Source: Eledone cirrhosa
Lineage: Eukaryota
Reading direction: 5' to 3'
Assembly (NCBI GenBank): GCA_964016885.1
Contig: CAXHJY010000928.1
Location: 620,001 to 684,000, forward strand
Length of the DNA: 64,000 nt
Each line of letters starts with the position of its first letter. The stretch's first letter is position 1. The notes beneath the pieces are model-generated. The model was not told where the DNA came from. It did no database searches and saw nothing but the letters and a program-made list of their open reading frames with translations. A program made the translations under genes and the position numbers. Shown here one piece after another: positions 43,837 through 60,000 of the stretch.

Positions 43837-46800
43837 CACAAGAGCCAACACTTACTACGCAGTCATCATTGTGTTATTGATGTTATGAGAGAGACAAGAG
43901 ACAACACTTACTACACTGTCATCATTGTATTAGTGGTGTTATGAGAGAGATGTTGAGACAGCACTTACTACACTGTCATCATTGTGTTAGTGATGTTATG
44001 AGAGAGACATGAGACAACACTTACTACGCTGTCATCATTGTATTAGTGGTGTTATGAGAGAGACATGAGACGACACTTGCTACACTGTCATCATTGTGTT
44101 AGTGATGTTATGAGAGACACAAGAGACAACACTTACTACACTGTCATCATTGTATTAGTGGTGTTATGAGAGAGACATGAGACGACACTTGCTACACTGT
44201 CATCATTGTGTTAGTGATGTTATGAGAGACACAAGAGACAACACTTACTACACTGTCATCATTGTATTAGTGGTGTTATGAGAGAGACATGAGACGACAC
44301 TTGCTACACTGTCATCATTGTGTTAGTGATGTTATGAGAGAGACATGAGACAGCACTTACTACACTGCATTCATTGTGTTAGTGATGTTATGAGAGACAC
44401 AAGAGACAACACTTACTACGCTGTCATCATTGTGTTAGTGATGTTATGAGACAACACTTACTACACTGTCATCATTGTGTTAGTGATGTTATGAGAGAGA
44501 CATGAGACAACACTTACTACACTGTCATCATTGTGTTAGTGATGTTATGAGAGACACAAGAGCCAACACTTACTACGCAGTCATCATTGTGTTATTGATG
44601 TTATGAGAGAGACATGAGACAACACTTACTACACTGTTATCATTGTGTTAGTGATGTTATGAGAGAGACATGAGACAACACTTACTACACTGTCATCATT
44701 GTGTTAGTGATGTTATGAGAGAGACATGAGACAACACTTACTACACTGTCATCATTGTGTTAGTGATGTTATGAGAGAGACAAGAGACAACACTTACTAC
44801 ACTGTCATCATTGTTAGTGATGTTATGAGACACATGAGACTACACTTACTACACTGTCATCATTGTGTTAGTGATTTGAGAGACACAAGAGACAACACTT
44901 ACTACACTGTCATCATTGTATTAGTGGTGTTATGAGAGAGATGTTGAGACCACTTACTACACTCAGCATTGTGTTAGTGATGTTATGAGAGAGACATGAG
45001 ACAACACTTACTACACTGTCATCATTGTGTTAGTGATGTTATGAGAGACACAAGAGACAACACTTACTACGCTGTCATCATTGTGTTATTGATGTTATGA
45101 GAGAGACATGAGACTACACTTACTACATTGTCATCATCGTGTTAGTGATGTTATGAGAGAGACATGAGACAACACTTACTACACTGTCATCATTGTTAGT
45201 GATGTTATGAGAGACACAAGAGACAACACTTACTACACTGTCATCATTGTGTTACTGATGTTATGAGAGACACAAGAGACAACACTTACTACACTGTCAT
45301 CATTGTTAGTGATGTTATGAGAGACACAAGAGACAACACTTACTACACTGTCATCATTGTGTTAGTGATGTTATGAGAGAGACATGAGACAACACTTACT
45401 ACACTGTCATCATTGTGTTAGTGATGTTATGAGAGACACAAGAGACAACACTTACTACGCTGTCATCATTGTGTTAGTGATGTTATGAGAGAGACATGAG
45501 ACAACACTTACTACACTGTCATCATTGTGTTAGTGATGTTATGAGAGAGACATGAGACAACACTTACTACACTGTCATCATTGTGTTAGTGATGTTATGA
45601 GAGACACAAGAGACAACACTTACTACACTGTCATCATTGTGTTAGTGATGTTATGAGAGACACAAACGACAACACTTACTACACTGTCATCATTGTGTTA
45701 GTGATGTTTTGAGAGACACAAGAGACAACACTTACTACACTGTCATCATTGTGTTAGTGATGTTATGAGAGAGACATGAGACAACACTTACTACACTGTC
45801 ATCATTGTGTTAGTGTTGTTATGAGAGAGATGTTGAGACAGCACTTACTACACTGTCATCATTGTATTAGTGGTGTTATGAGAGAGACATGAGACAACAC
45901 TTACTACACTGTCATCATTGTGTTAGTGATGTTATGAGAGAGACATGAGACAACACTTACTACACTGTCATCATTGTGTTACTGATGTTATGAGAGACAC
46001 AAGAGACAACACTTACTACACTGTCATCATTGTTAGTGATGTTATGAGAGACACAAGAGACTACACTGTCATCATTGTGTTAGTGATGTTATGAGAAAGA
46101 CATGAGACAACACTTACTACACTGTCATCATTGTGTTAGTGATGTTATGAGAGACACAAACGACAACACTTACTACACTGTCATCATTGTATTAGTAATG
46201 TTATGAGAGAGACAAGAGACAACACTTACTACACTGTCATCATTGTGTTAGTGTTGTTATGAGAGAGATGTTGAGACAGCACTTACTACACTGTCATCAT
46301 TGTATTAGTGGTGTTATGAGAGAGACATGAGACAACACTTACTACACTGTCATCATTGTGTTAGTGATGTTATGAGAGAGACATGAGACAACACTTACTA
46401 CACTGTCATCATTGTGTTACTGATGTTATGAGAGACACAAGAGACAACACTTACTACACTGTCATCATTGTTAGTGATGTTATGAGAGACACAAGAGACA
46501 ACACTTACTACACTGTCATCATTGTGTTAGTGATGTTATGAGAAAGACATGAGACAACACTTGCTACACTGTCATCATTGTGTTAGTGATGTTATGAGAG
46601 AGACATGAGACAGCACTTACTACACTGCATTCATTGTGTTAGTGATGTTATGAGAGACACAAGAGACAACACTTACTACGCTGTCATCATTGTGTTAGTG
46701 ATGTTATGAGAGAGACATGAGACAACACTTACTACACTGTCATCATTGTGTTAGTGATGTTATGAGAGACACAAGAGCCAACACTTACTACGCAGTCATC

Positions 46801-49495
46801 ATTGTGTTATTGATGTTATGAGAGAGACAAGAGACAACACTTACTACACTGTCATCATTGTATTAGTGGTGTTATGAGAGAGATGTTGAGACAGCACTTA
46901 CTACACTGTCATCATTGTGTTAGTGATGTTATGAGAGAGACATGAGACAACACTTACTACGCTGTCATCATTGTATTAGTGGTGTTATGAGAGAGACATG
47001 AGACGACACTTGCTACACTGTCATCATTGTGTTAGTGATGTTATGAGAGACACAAGAGACAACACTTACTACACTGTCATCATTGTATTAGTGGTGTTAT
47101 GAGAGAGACATGAGACGACACTTGCTACACTGTCATCATTGTGTTAGTGATGTTATGAGAGACACAAGAGACAACACTTACTACACTGTCATCATTGTAT
47201 TAGTGGTGTTATGAGAGAGACATGAGACGACACTTGCTACACTGTCATCATTGTGTTAGTGATGTTATGAGAGAGACATGAGACAGCACTTACTACACTG
47301 CATTCATTGTGTTAGTGATGTTATGAGAGACACAAGAGACAACACTTACTACGCTGTCATCATTGTGTTAGTGATGTTATGAGACAACACTTACTACACT
47401 GTCATCATTGTGTTAGTGATGTTATGAGAGAGACATGAGACAACACTTACTACACTGTCATCATTGTGTTAGTGATGTTATGAGAGACACAAGAGCCAAC
47501 ACTTACTACGCAGTCATCATTGTGTTATTGATGTTATGAGAGAGACATGAGACAACACTTACTACACTGTTATCATTGTGTTAGTGATGTTATGAGAGAG
47601 ACATGAGACAACACTTACTACACTGTCATCATTGTGTTAGTGATGTTATGAGAGAGACATGAGACAACACTTACTACACTGTCATCATTGTGTTAGTGAT
47701 GTTATGAGAGAGACAAGAGACAACACTTACTACACTGTCATCATTGTTAGTGATGTTATGAGACACATGAGACTACACTTACTACACTGTCATCATTGTG
47801 TTAGTGATTTGAGAGACACAAGAGACAACACTTACTACACTGTCATCATTGTATTAGTGGTGTTATGAGAGAGATGTTGAGACCACTTACTACACTCAGC
47901 ATTGTGTTAGTGATGTTATGAGAGAGACATGAGACAACACTTACTACACTGTCATCATTGTGTTAGTGATGTTATGAGAGACACAAGAGACAACACTTAC
48001 TACGCTGTCATCATTGTGTTATTGATGTTATGAGAGAGACATGAGACTACACTTACTACATTGTCATCATCGTGTTAGTGATGTTATGAGAGAGACATGA
48101 GACAACACTTACTACACTGTCATCATTGTTAGTGATGTTATGAGAGACACAAGAGACAACACTTACTACACTGTCATCATTGTGTTACTGATGTTATGAG
48201 AGACACAAGAGACAACACTTACTACACTGTCATCATTGTTAGTGATGTTATGAGAGACACAAGAGACAACACTTACTACACTGTCATCATTGTGTTAGTG
48301 ATGTTATGAGAGAGACATGAGACAACACTTACTACACTGTCATCATTGTGTTAGTGATGTTATGAGAGACACAAGAGACAACACTTACTACGCTGTCATC
48401 ATTGTGTTAGTGATGTTATGAGAGAGACATGAGACAACACTTACTACACTGTCATCATTGTGTTAGTGATGTTATGAGAGAGACATGAGACAACACTTAC
48501 TACACTGTCATCATTGTGTTAGTGATGTTATGAGAGACACAAGAGACAACACTTACTACACTGTCATCATTGTGTTAGTGATGTTATGAGAGACACAAAC
48601 GACAACACTTACTACACTGTCATCATTGTGTTAGTGATGTTTTGAGAGACACAAGAGACAACACTTACTACACTGTCATCATTGTGTTAGTGATGTTATG
48701 AGAGAGACATGAGACAACACTTACTACACTGTCATCATTGTGTTAGTGTTGTTATGAGAGAGATGTTGAGACAGCACTTACTACACTGTCATCATTGTAT
48801 TAGTGGTGTTATGAGAGAGACATGAGACAACACTTACTACACTGTCATCATTGTGTTAGTGATGTTATGAGAGAGACATGAGACAACACTTACTACACTG
48901 TCATCATTGTGTTACTGATGTTATGAGAGACACAAGAGACAACACTTACTACACTGTCATCATTGTTAGTGATGTTATGAGAGACACAAGAGACTACACT
49001 GTCATCATTGTGTTAGTGATGTTATGAGAAAGACATGAGACAACACTTACTACACTGTCATCATTGTGTTAGTGATGTTATGAGAGACACAAACGACAAC
49101 ACTTACTACACTGTCATCATTGTATTAGTAATGTTATGAGAGAGACAAGAGACAACACTTACTACACTGTCATCATTGTGTTAGTGTTGTTATGAGAGAG
49201 ATGTTGAGACAGCACTTACTACACTGTCATCATTGTATTAGTGGTGTTATGAGAGAGACATGAGACAACACTTACTACACTGTCATCATTGTGTTAGTGA
49301 TGTTATGAGAGAGACATGAGACAACACTTACTACACTGTCATCATTGTGTTACTGATGTTATGAGAGACACAAGAGACAACACTTACTACACTGTCATCA
49401 TTGTTAGTGATGTTATGAGAGACACAAGAGACAACACTTACTACACTGTCATCATTGTGTTAGTGATGTTATGAGAAAGACATGAGACAACACTT
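43624..49495. repeat. Tandem duplication, 2933-bp unit x2
   Basis: Offset 2933 for GAGCCAAC 43845/46778, ORF starts 44726/47659, GACGAC 44071/47004 and GAGAAAGAC 46544/49477. Confidence 0.88.
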
Positions 49496-52400
49496 ACTAC
49501 ACTGTCATCATTGTGTTTGTGATGTAATGAGAGAAACAAGAGACAACACTTACTACACTGTCATCATTTTTAGTGATGTTATGAGAGACACAAGAGACAA
49601 CACTTACTACACTGTCATCATTGTATTAGTGATGTTATGAGAGAGACAAGAGACAACACTTACTACACTGTCATCATTGTATTAGTGGTGTTATGAGAGA
49701 GATGTTGAGACAGCACTTACTACACTGTCATCATTGTGTTAGTGATGTTATGAGAGAGACATGAGACAACACTTACTACGCTGTCATCATTGTATTAGTG
49801 GTGTTATGAGAGAGACATGAGACGACACTTGCTACACTGTCATCATTGTGTTAGTGATGTTATGAGAGAGACATGAGACAGCACTTACTACACTGCATTC
49901 ATTGTGTTAGTGATGTTATGAGAGACACAAGAGACAACACTTACTACGCTGTCATCATTGTGTTAGTGATGTTATGAGAGAGACATGAGACAACACTTAC
50001 TACACTGTCATCATTGTGTTAGTGATGTTATGAGAGACACAAGAGCCAACACTTACTACGCAGTCATCATTGTGTTATTGATGTTATGAGAGAGACATGA
50101 GACAACACTTACTACACTGTTATCATTGTGTTAGTGATGTTATGAGAGAGACATGAGACAACACTTACTACACTGTCATCATTATGTTAGTGATGTCATG
50201 AGAGAGACATGAGACAACACTTACTACACTGTCATCATTGTGTTACTGATGTTATGAGAGACACAAGAGACAACACTTACTACACTGTCATCATTGTTAG
50301 TGATGTTATGAGAGACACAAGAGACAACACTTACTACACTGTCATCATTGTGTTAGTGATGTTATGAGAAAGACATGAGACAACACTTGCTACACTGTCA
50401 TCATTGTGTTAGTGATGTTATGAGAGAGACATGAGACAGCACTTACTACACTGCATTCATTGTGTTAGTGATGTTATGAGAGACACAAGAGACAACACTT
50501 ACTACGCTGTCATCATTGTGTTAGTGATGTTATGAGAGAGACATGAGACAACACTTACTACACTGTCATCATTGTGTTAGTGATGTTATGAGAGACACAA
50601 GAGCCAACACTTACTACGCAGTCATCATTGTGTTATTGATGTTATGAGAGAGACAAGAGACAACACTTACTACACTGTCATCATTGTATTAGTGGTGTTA
50701 TGAGAGAGATGTTGAGACAGCACTTACTACACTGTCATCATTGTGTTAGTGATGTTATGAGAGAGACATGAGACAACACTTACTACGCTGTCATCATTGT
50801 ATTAGTGGTGTTATGAGAGAGACATGAGACGACACTTGCTACACTGTCATCATTGTGTTAGTGATGTTATGAGAGACACAAGAGACAACACTTACTACAC
50901 TGTCATCATTGTATTAGTGGTGTTATGAGAGAGACATGAGACGACACTTGCTACACTGTCATCATTGTGTTAGTGATGTTATGAGAGACACAAGAGACAA
51001 CACTTACTACACTGTCATCATTGTATTAGTGGTGTTATGAGAGAGACATGAGACGACACTTGCTACACTGTCATCATTGTGTTAGTGATGTTATGAGAGA
51101 GACATGAGACAGCACTTACTACACTGCATTCATTGTGTTAGTGATGTTATGAGAGACACAAGAGACAACACTTACTACGCTGTCATCATTGTGTTAGTGA
51201 TGTTATGAGACAACACTTACTACACTGTCATCATTGTGTTAGTGATGTTATGAGAGAGACATGAGACAACACTTACTACACTGTCATCATTGTGTTAGTG
51301 ATGTTATGAGAGACACAAGAGCCAACACTTACTACGCAGTCATCATTGTGTTATTGATGTTATGAGAGAGACATGAGACAACACTTACTACACTGTTATC
51401 ATTGTGTTAGTGATGTTATGAGAGAGACATGAGACAACACTTACTACACTGTCATCATTGTGTTAGTGATGTTATGAGAGAGACATGAGACAACACTTAC
51501 TACACTGTCATCATTGTGTTAGTGATGTTATGAGAGAGACAAGAGACAACACTTACTACACTGTCATCATTGTTAGTGATGTTATGAGACACATGAGACT
51601 ACACTTACTACACTGTCATCATTGTGTTAGTGATTTGAGAGACACAAGAGACAACACTTACTACACTGTCATCATTGTATTAGTGGTGTTATGAGAGAGA
51701 TGTTGAGACCACTTACTACACTCAGCATTGTGTTAGTGATGTTATGAGAGAGACATGAGACAACACTTACTACACTGTCATCATTGTGTTAGTGATGTTA
51801 TGAGAGACACAAGAGACAACACTTACTACGCTGTCATCATTGTGTTATTGATGTTATGAGAGAGACATGAGACTACACTTACTACATTGTCATCATCGTG
51901 TTAGTGATGTTATGAGAGAGACATGAGACAACACTTACTACACTGTCATCATTGTTAGTGATGTTATGAGAGACACAAGAGACAACACTTACTACACTGT
52001 CATCATTGTGTTACTGATGTTATGAGAGACACAAGAGACAACACTTACTACACTGTCATCATTGTTAGTGATGTTATGAGAGACACAAGAGACAACACTT
52101 ACTACACTGTCATCATTGTGTTAGTGATGTTATGAGAGAGACATGAGACAACACTTACTACACTGTCATCATTGTGTTAGTGATGTTATGAGAGACACAA
52201 GAGACAACACTTACTACGCTGTCATCATTGTGTTAGTGATGTTATGAGAGAGACATGAGACAACACTTACTACACTGTCATCATTGTGTTAGTGATGTTA
52301 TGAGAGAGACATGAGACAACACTTACTACACTGTCATCATTGTGTTAGTGATGTTATGAGAGACACAAGAGACAACACTTACTACACTGTCATCATTGTG

Positions 52401-54009
52401 TTAGTGATGTTATGAGAGACACAAACGACAACACTTACTACACTGTCATCATTGTGTTAGTGATGTTTTGAGAGACACAAGAGACAACACTTACTACACT
52501 GTCATCATTGTGTTAGTGATGTTATGAGAGAGACATGAGACAACACTTACTACACTGTCATCATTGTGTTAGTGTTGTTATGAGAGAGATGTTGAGACAG
52601 CACTTACTACACTGTCATCATTGTATTAGTGGTGTTATGAGAGAGACATGAGACAACACTTACTACACTGTCATCATTGTGTTAGTGATGTTATGAGAGA
52701 GACATGAGACAACACTTACTACACTGTCATCATTGTGTTACTGATGTTATGAGAGACACAAGAGACAACACTTACTACACTGTCATCATTGTTAGTGATG
52801 TTATGAGAGACACAAGAGACTACACTGTCATCATTGTGTTAGTGATGTTATGAGAAAGACATGAGACAACACTTACTACACTGTCATCATTGTGTTAGTG
52901 ATGTTATGAGAGACACAAACGACAACACTTACTACACTGTCATCATTGTATTAGTAATGTTATGAGAGAGACAAGAGACAACACTTACTACACTGTCATC
53001 ATTGTGTTAGTGTTGTTATGAGAGAGATGTTGAGACAGCACTTACTACACTGTCATCATTGTATTAGTGGTGTTATGAGAGAGACATGAGACAACACTTA
53101 CTACACTGTCATCATTGTGTTAGTGATGTTATGAGAGAGACATGAGACAACACTTACTACACTGTCATCATTGTGTTACTGATGTTATGAGAGACACAAG
53201 AGACAACACTTACTACACTGTCATCATTGTTAGTGATGTTATGAGAGACACAAGAGACAACACTTACTACACTGTCATCATTGTGTTAGTGATGTTATGA
53301 GAAAGACATGAGACAACACTTACTACACTGTCATCATTGTGTTTGTGATGTAATGAGAGAAACAAGAGACAACACTTACTACACTGTCATCATTTTTAGT
53401 GATGTTATGAGAGACACAAGAGACAACACTTACTACACTGTCATCATTGTATTAGTGATGTTATGAGAGAGACAAGAGACAACACTTACTACACTGTCAT
53501 CATTGTATTAGTGGTGTTATGAGAGAGATGTTGAGACAGCACTTACTACACTGTCATCATTGTGTTAGTGATGTTATGAGAGAGACATGAGACAACACTT
53601 ACTACGCTGTCATCATTGTATTAGTGGTGTTATGAGAGAGACATGAGACGACACTTGCTACACTGTCATCATTGTGTTAGTGATGTTATGAGAGAGACAT
53701 GAGACAGCACTTACTACACTGCATTCATTGTGTTAGTGATGTTATGAGAGACACAAGAGACAACACTTACTACGCTGTCATCATTGTGTTAGTGATGTTA
53801 TGAGAGAGACATGAGACAACACTTACTACACTGTCATCATTGTGTTAGTGATGTTATGAGAGACACAAGAGCCAACACTTACTACGCAGTCATCATTGTG
53901 TTATTGATGTTATGAGAGAGACATGAGACAACACTTACTACACTGTTATCATTGTGTTAGTGATGTTATGAGAGAGACATGAGACAACACTTACTACACT
54001 GTCATCATT
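46372..54009. repeat. Tandem duplication, 3826-bp unit x2 (overlaps the 2933-bp duplication)
   Basis: Offset 3826 for CACTTGCTAC 46563/50389, ORF starts 47659/51485 and GATGTAATG 49526/53352. Confidence 0.88.
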
Positions 54010-57000
54010 GTGTTAGTGATGTTATGAGAGAGACATGAGACAACACTTACTACACTGTCATCATTGTGTTAGTGATGTTATGAGAGACACAAGAGACAAC
54101 ACTTACTACACTGTCATCATTGTGTTAGTGATGTTATGAGAGACACAAACGACAACACTTACTACACTGTCATCATTGTGTTAGTGATGTTTTGAGAGAC
54201 ACAAGAGACAACACTTACTACACTGTCATCATTGTATTAGTGGTGTTATGAGAGAGACATGAGACAACACTTACTACACTGTCATCATTGTGTTAGTGAT
54301 GTTATGAGAGAGACATGAGACAACACTTACTACACTGTCATCATTGTGTTACTGATGTTATGAGAGACACAAGAGACAACACTTACTACACTGTCATCAT
54401 TGTTAGTGATGTTATGAGAGACACAAGAGACTACACTGTCATCATTGTGTTAGTGATGTTATGAGAAAGACATGAGACAACACTTACTACACTGTCATCA
54501 TTGTGTTAGTGATGTTATGAGAGACACAAACGACAACACTTACTACACTGTCATCATTGTGTTAGTGATGTTATGAGAGAGACATGAGACAACACTTACT
54601 ACACTGTCATCATTGTATTAGTGATGTTATGAGAGAGACAAGGGACAACACTTACTACACTGTCATCATTGTGTTAGTGTTGTTATGAGAGAGATGTTGA
54701 GACAGCACTTACTACACTGTCATCATTGTATTAGTGGTGTTATGAGAGAGACATGAGACAACACTTACTACACTGTCATCATTGTGTTAGTGATGTTATG
54801 AGAGAGACATGAGACAACACTTACTACACTGTCATCATTGTGTTAGTGATGTTATGAGAGAGACATGTGACAACACTTACTACGCTGTCATCATTGTATT
54901 AGTGGTGTTATGAGAGAGACATGAGACAACACTTACTACGCTGTCATCATTGTGTTAGTGATGTTATGAGAGAGACATGAGACAGCACTTACTACACTGT
55001 CATCATTGTGTTAGTGATGTCATGAGAGAGACATGAGACAACACTTACTACGCTGTCATCATTGTGTTAGTGATGTTATGAGAGAGACATGAGACATCAC
55101 TTACTACACTGTCATCATTGTGTTAGTGATGTTATGAGAGAGACATGAGACAACACTTACTACACTGTCATCATTGTGTTAGTGATGTTATGAGAGACAC
55201 AAGAGACAACACTTACTACACTGTCATCATTGTGTTAGTGATGTTATGAGAGAGACATGAGACAACACTTACTACACTGTCATCATTGTGTTAGTGATGT
55301 TATGAGAGAGACATGAGACAACACTTACTACACTGTCATCATTGTGTTAGTGATGTTATGAGAGACACAAGAGACAACACTTACTACACTGTCATCATTG
55401 TGTTAGTGATGTTATGAGAGAGACATGAGACAACACTTACTACACTGTCATCATTGTGTTAGTGATGTTATGAGAGAGACATGAGACAACACTTACTACA
55501 CTGTCATCATTGTGTTAGTGATGTTATGAGAGACACAAGAGACAACACTTACTACGCTGTCATCATTGTGTTATTGATGTTATGAGAGAGACATGAGACT
55601 ACACTTACTACATTGTCATCATTGTGTTAGTGATGTTATGAGAGAGACATGAGACAACACTTACTACACTGTCATCATTGTGTTACTGATGTTATGAGAG
55701 ACACAAGAGACAACACTTACTACACTGTCATCATTGTTAGTGATGTTATGAGAGACACAAGAGACAACACTTACTACACTGTCATCATTGTGTTAGTGAT
55801 GTTATGAGAGACACAAACGACAACACTTACTACACTGTCATCATTGTGTTAGTGATGTTTTGAGAGACACAAGAGACAACACTTACTACACTGTCATCAT
55901 TGTGTTAGTGATGTTATGAGAGAGACATGAGACAACACTTACTACACTGTCATCATTGTGTTAGTGATGTTATGAGAGAGACATGAGACAACACTTACTA
56001 CACTGTCATCATTGTATTAGTGATGTTATGAGAGAGACAAGAGACAACACTTACTACACTGTCATCATTGTTTTAGTGTTGTTATGAGAGAGATGTTGAG
56101 ACAGCACTTACTACACTGTCATCATTGTATTAGTGGTGTTATGAGAGAGACATGAGACAACACTTACTACACTGTCATCATTGTGTTAGTGATGTTATGA
56201 GAGAGACATGAGACAACACTTACTACACTGTCATCATTGTGTTACTGATGTTATGAGAGACACAAGAGACAACACTTACTACACTGTCATCATTGTATTA
56301 GTGGTGTTATGAGAGAGACATGAGACAACACTTACTACACTGTCATCATTGTGTTAGTGATGTTATGAGAGACACAAGAGACAACACTTACTACACGGTC
56401 ATCATTGTGTTACTGATGTTATGAGAGAGATGTTGAGACAGCACTTACTACACTGTCATCATTGTTAGTGATGTTATGAGAGACACAAGAGACAACACTT
56501 ACTACACTGTCATCATTGTGTTAGTGATGTTATGAGAGACACAAACGACAACACTTACTACACTGTCATCATTGTGTTAGTGATGTTTTGAGAGACACAA
56601 GAGACAACACTTACTACACTGTCATCATTGTGTTAGTGATGTTATGAGAGAGACATGAGACAACACTTACTACGCTGTCATCATTGTATTAGTGGTGTTA
56701 TGAGAGAGACATGAGACGACACTTGCTACACTGTCATCATTGTGTTAGTGATGTTATGAGAGAGACATGAGACAGCACTTACTACACTGCATTCATTGTG
56801 TTAGTGATGTTATGAGAGACACAAGAGACAACACTTACTACGCTGTCATCATTGTGTTAGTGATGTTATGAGAGACACAAGAGACAACACTTACTACGCT
56901 GTCATCATTGTGTTAGTGATGTTATGAGACAACACTTACTACACTGTCATCATTGTGTTAGTGATGTTATGAGAGAGACATGAGACAACACTTACTACAC

Positions 57001-60000
57001 TGTCATCATTGTGTTAGTGATGTTATGAGAGACACAAGAGCCAACACTTACTACGCAGTCATCATTGTGTTATTGATGTTATGAGAGAGACATGAGACAA
57101 CACTTACTACACTGTTATCATTGTGTTAGTGATGTTATGAGAGAGACATGAGACAACACTTACTACACTGTCATCATTGTGTTAGTGATGTTATGAGAGA
57201 GACATGAGACAACACTTACTACACTGTCATCATTGTGTTAGTGATGTTATGAGAGACACGAGAGACAACACTTACTACACTGTCATCATTGTGTTAGTGA
57301 TGTTATGAGAGACACAAACGACAACACTTACTACACTGTCATCATTGTGTTAGTGATGTTTTGAGAGACACAAGAGACAACACTTACTACACTGTCATCA
57401 TTGTATTAGTGGTGTTATGAGAGAGACATGAGACAACACTTACTACACTGTCATCATTGTGTTAGTGATGTTATGAGAGAGACATGAGACAACACTTACT
57501 ACACTGTCATCATTGTGTTACTGATGTTATGAGAGACACAAGAGACAACACTTACTACACTGTCATCATTGTTAGTGATGTTATGAGAGACACAAGAGAC
57601 TACACTGTCATCATTGTGTTAGTGATGTTATGAGAAAGACATGAGACAACACTTACTACACTGTCATCATTGTGTTAGTGATGTTATGAGAGACACAAAC
57701 GACAACACTTACTACACTGTCATCATTGTGTTAGTGATGTTATGAGAGAGACATGAGACAACACTTACTACACTGTCATCATTGTATTAGTGATGTTATG
57801 AGAGAGACAAGGGACAACACTTACTACACTGTCATCATTGTGTTAGTGTTGTTATGAGAGAGAGGTTGAGACAGCACTTACTACACTGTCATCATTGTAT
57901 TAGTGGTGTTATGAGAGAGACATGAGACAACACTTACTACACTGTCATCATTGTGTTAGTGATGTTATGAGAGAAACATGAGACAACACTTACTACACTG
58001 TCATCATTGTGTTACTGATGTTATGAGAGACACAAGAGACAACACTTACTACACTGTCATCATTGTTAGTGATGTTATGAGAGACACAAGAGACAACACT
58101 TACTACACTGTCATCATTGTGTTAGTGATGTTATGAGAAAGACATGAGACAACACTTACTACACTGTCATCATTGTGTTTGTGATGTTATGAGAGACACA
58201 AGAGACAACACTTACTACACTGTCATCATTTTTAGTGATGTTATGAGAGACACAAGAGACAACACTTACTACACTGTCATCATTGTATTAGTGATGTTAT
58301 GAGAGAGACAAGAGACAACACTTACTACACTGTCATCATTGTATTAGTGGTGTTATGAGAGAGATGTTGAGACAGCACTTACTACACTGTCGTCATTGTG
58401 TTAGTGATGTTATGAGAGAGACAAGAGACAACACTTACTACACTGTCATCATTGTATTAGTGGTGTTATGAGAGAGATGTTGAGACAGCACTTACTACAC
58501 TCAGCATTGTGTTAGTGATGTTATGAGAGAGACATGAGACAACACTTACTACACTGTCATCATTGTGTTAGTGATGTTATGAGAGAGACATGTGACAACA
58601 CTTACTACGCTGTCATCATTGTATTAGTGGTGTTATGAGAGAGACATGAGACAACACTTACTACGCTGTCATCATTGTGTTAGTGATGTTATGAGAGAGA
58701 CATGAGACAGCACTTACTACACTGTCATCATTGTGTTAGTGATGTCATGAGAGAGACATGAGACAACACTTACTACGCTGTCATCATTGTGTTAGTGATG
58801 TTATGAGAGAGACATGAGACATCACTTACTACACTGTCATCATTGTGTTAGTGATGTTATGAGAGAGACATGAGACAACACTTACTACACTGTCATCATT
58901 GTGTTAGTGATGTTATGAGAGACACAAGAGACAACACTTACTACACTGTCATCATTGTGTTAGTGATGTTATGAGAGAGATATGAGACAACACTTACTAC
59001 ACTATCATCATTGTGTTAGTGATGTTATGAGAGAGACATGAGACAACACTTACTACACTGTCATCATTGTGTTAGTGATGTTATGAGAGACACAAGAGAC
59101 AACACTTACTACACTGTCATCATTGTGTTAGTGATGTTATGAGAGAGACATGAGACAACACTTACTACACTGTCATCATTGTGTTAGTGATGTTATGAGA
59201 GAGACATGAGACAACACTTACTACACTGTCATCATTGTGTTAGTGATGTTATGAGAGACACAAGAGACAACACTTACTACGCTGTCATCATTGTGTTATT
59301 GATGTTATGAGAGAGACATGAGACTACACTTACTACATTGTCATCATTGTGTTAGTTATGTTATGAGAGAGACATGAGACAACACTTACTACACTGTCAT
59401 CATTGTGTTACTGATGTTATGAGAGACACAAGAGACAACACTTACTACACTGTCATCATTGTTAGTGATGTTATGAGAGACACAAGAGACAACACTTACT
59501 ACACTGTCATCATTGTGTTAGTGATGTTATGAGAGACACAAACGACAACACTTACTACACTGTCATCATTGTGTTAGTGATGTTTTGAGAGACACAAGAG
59601 ACAACACTTACTACACTGTCATCATTGTGTTAGTGATGTTATGAGAGAGACATGAGACAACACTTACTACACTGTCATCATTGTGTTAGTGATGTTATGA
59701 GAGAGACATGAGACAACACTTACTACACTGTCATCATTGTATTAGTGATGTTATGAGAGAGACAAGAGACAAAACTTACTACACTGTCATCATTGTGTTA
59801 GTGTTGTTATGAGAGAGATGTTGAGACAGCACTTACTACACTGTCATCATTGTATTAGTGGTGTTATGAGAGAGACATGAGACAACACTTACTACACTGT
59901 CATCATTGTGTTAGTGATGTTATGAGAGAGACATGAGACAACACTTACTACACTGTCATCATTGTGTTACTGATGTTATGAGAGACACAAGAGACAACAC

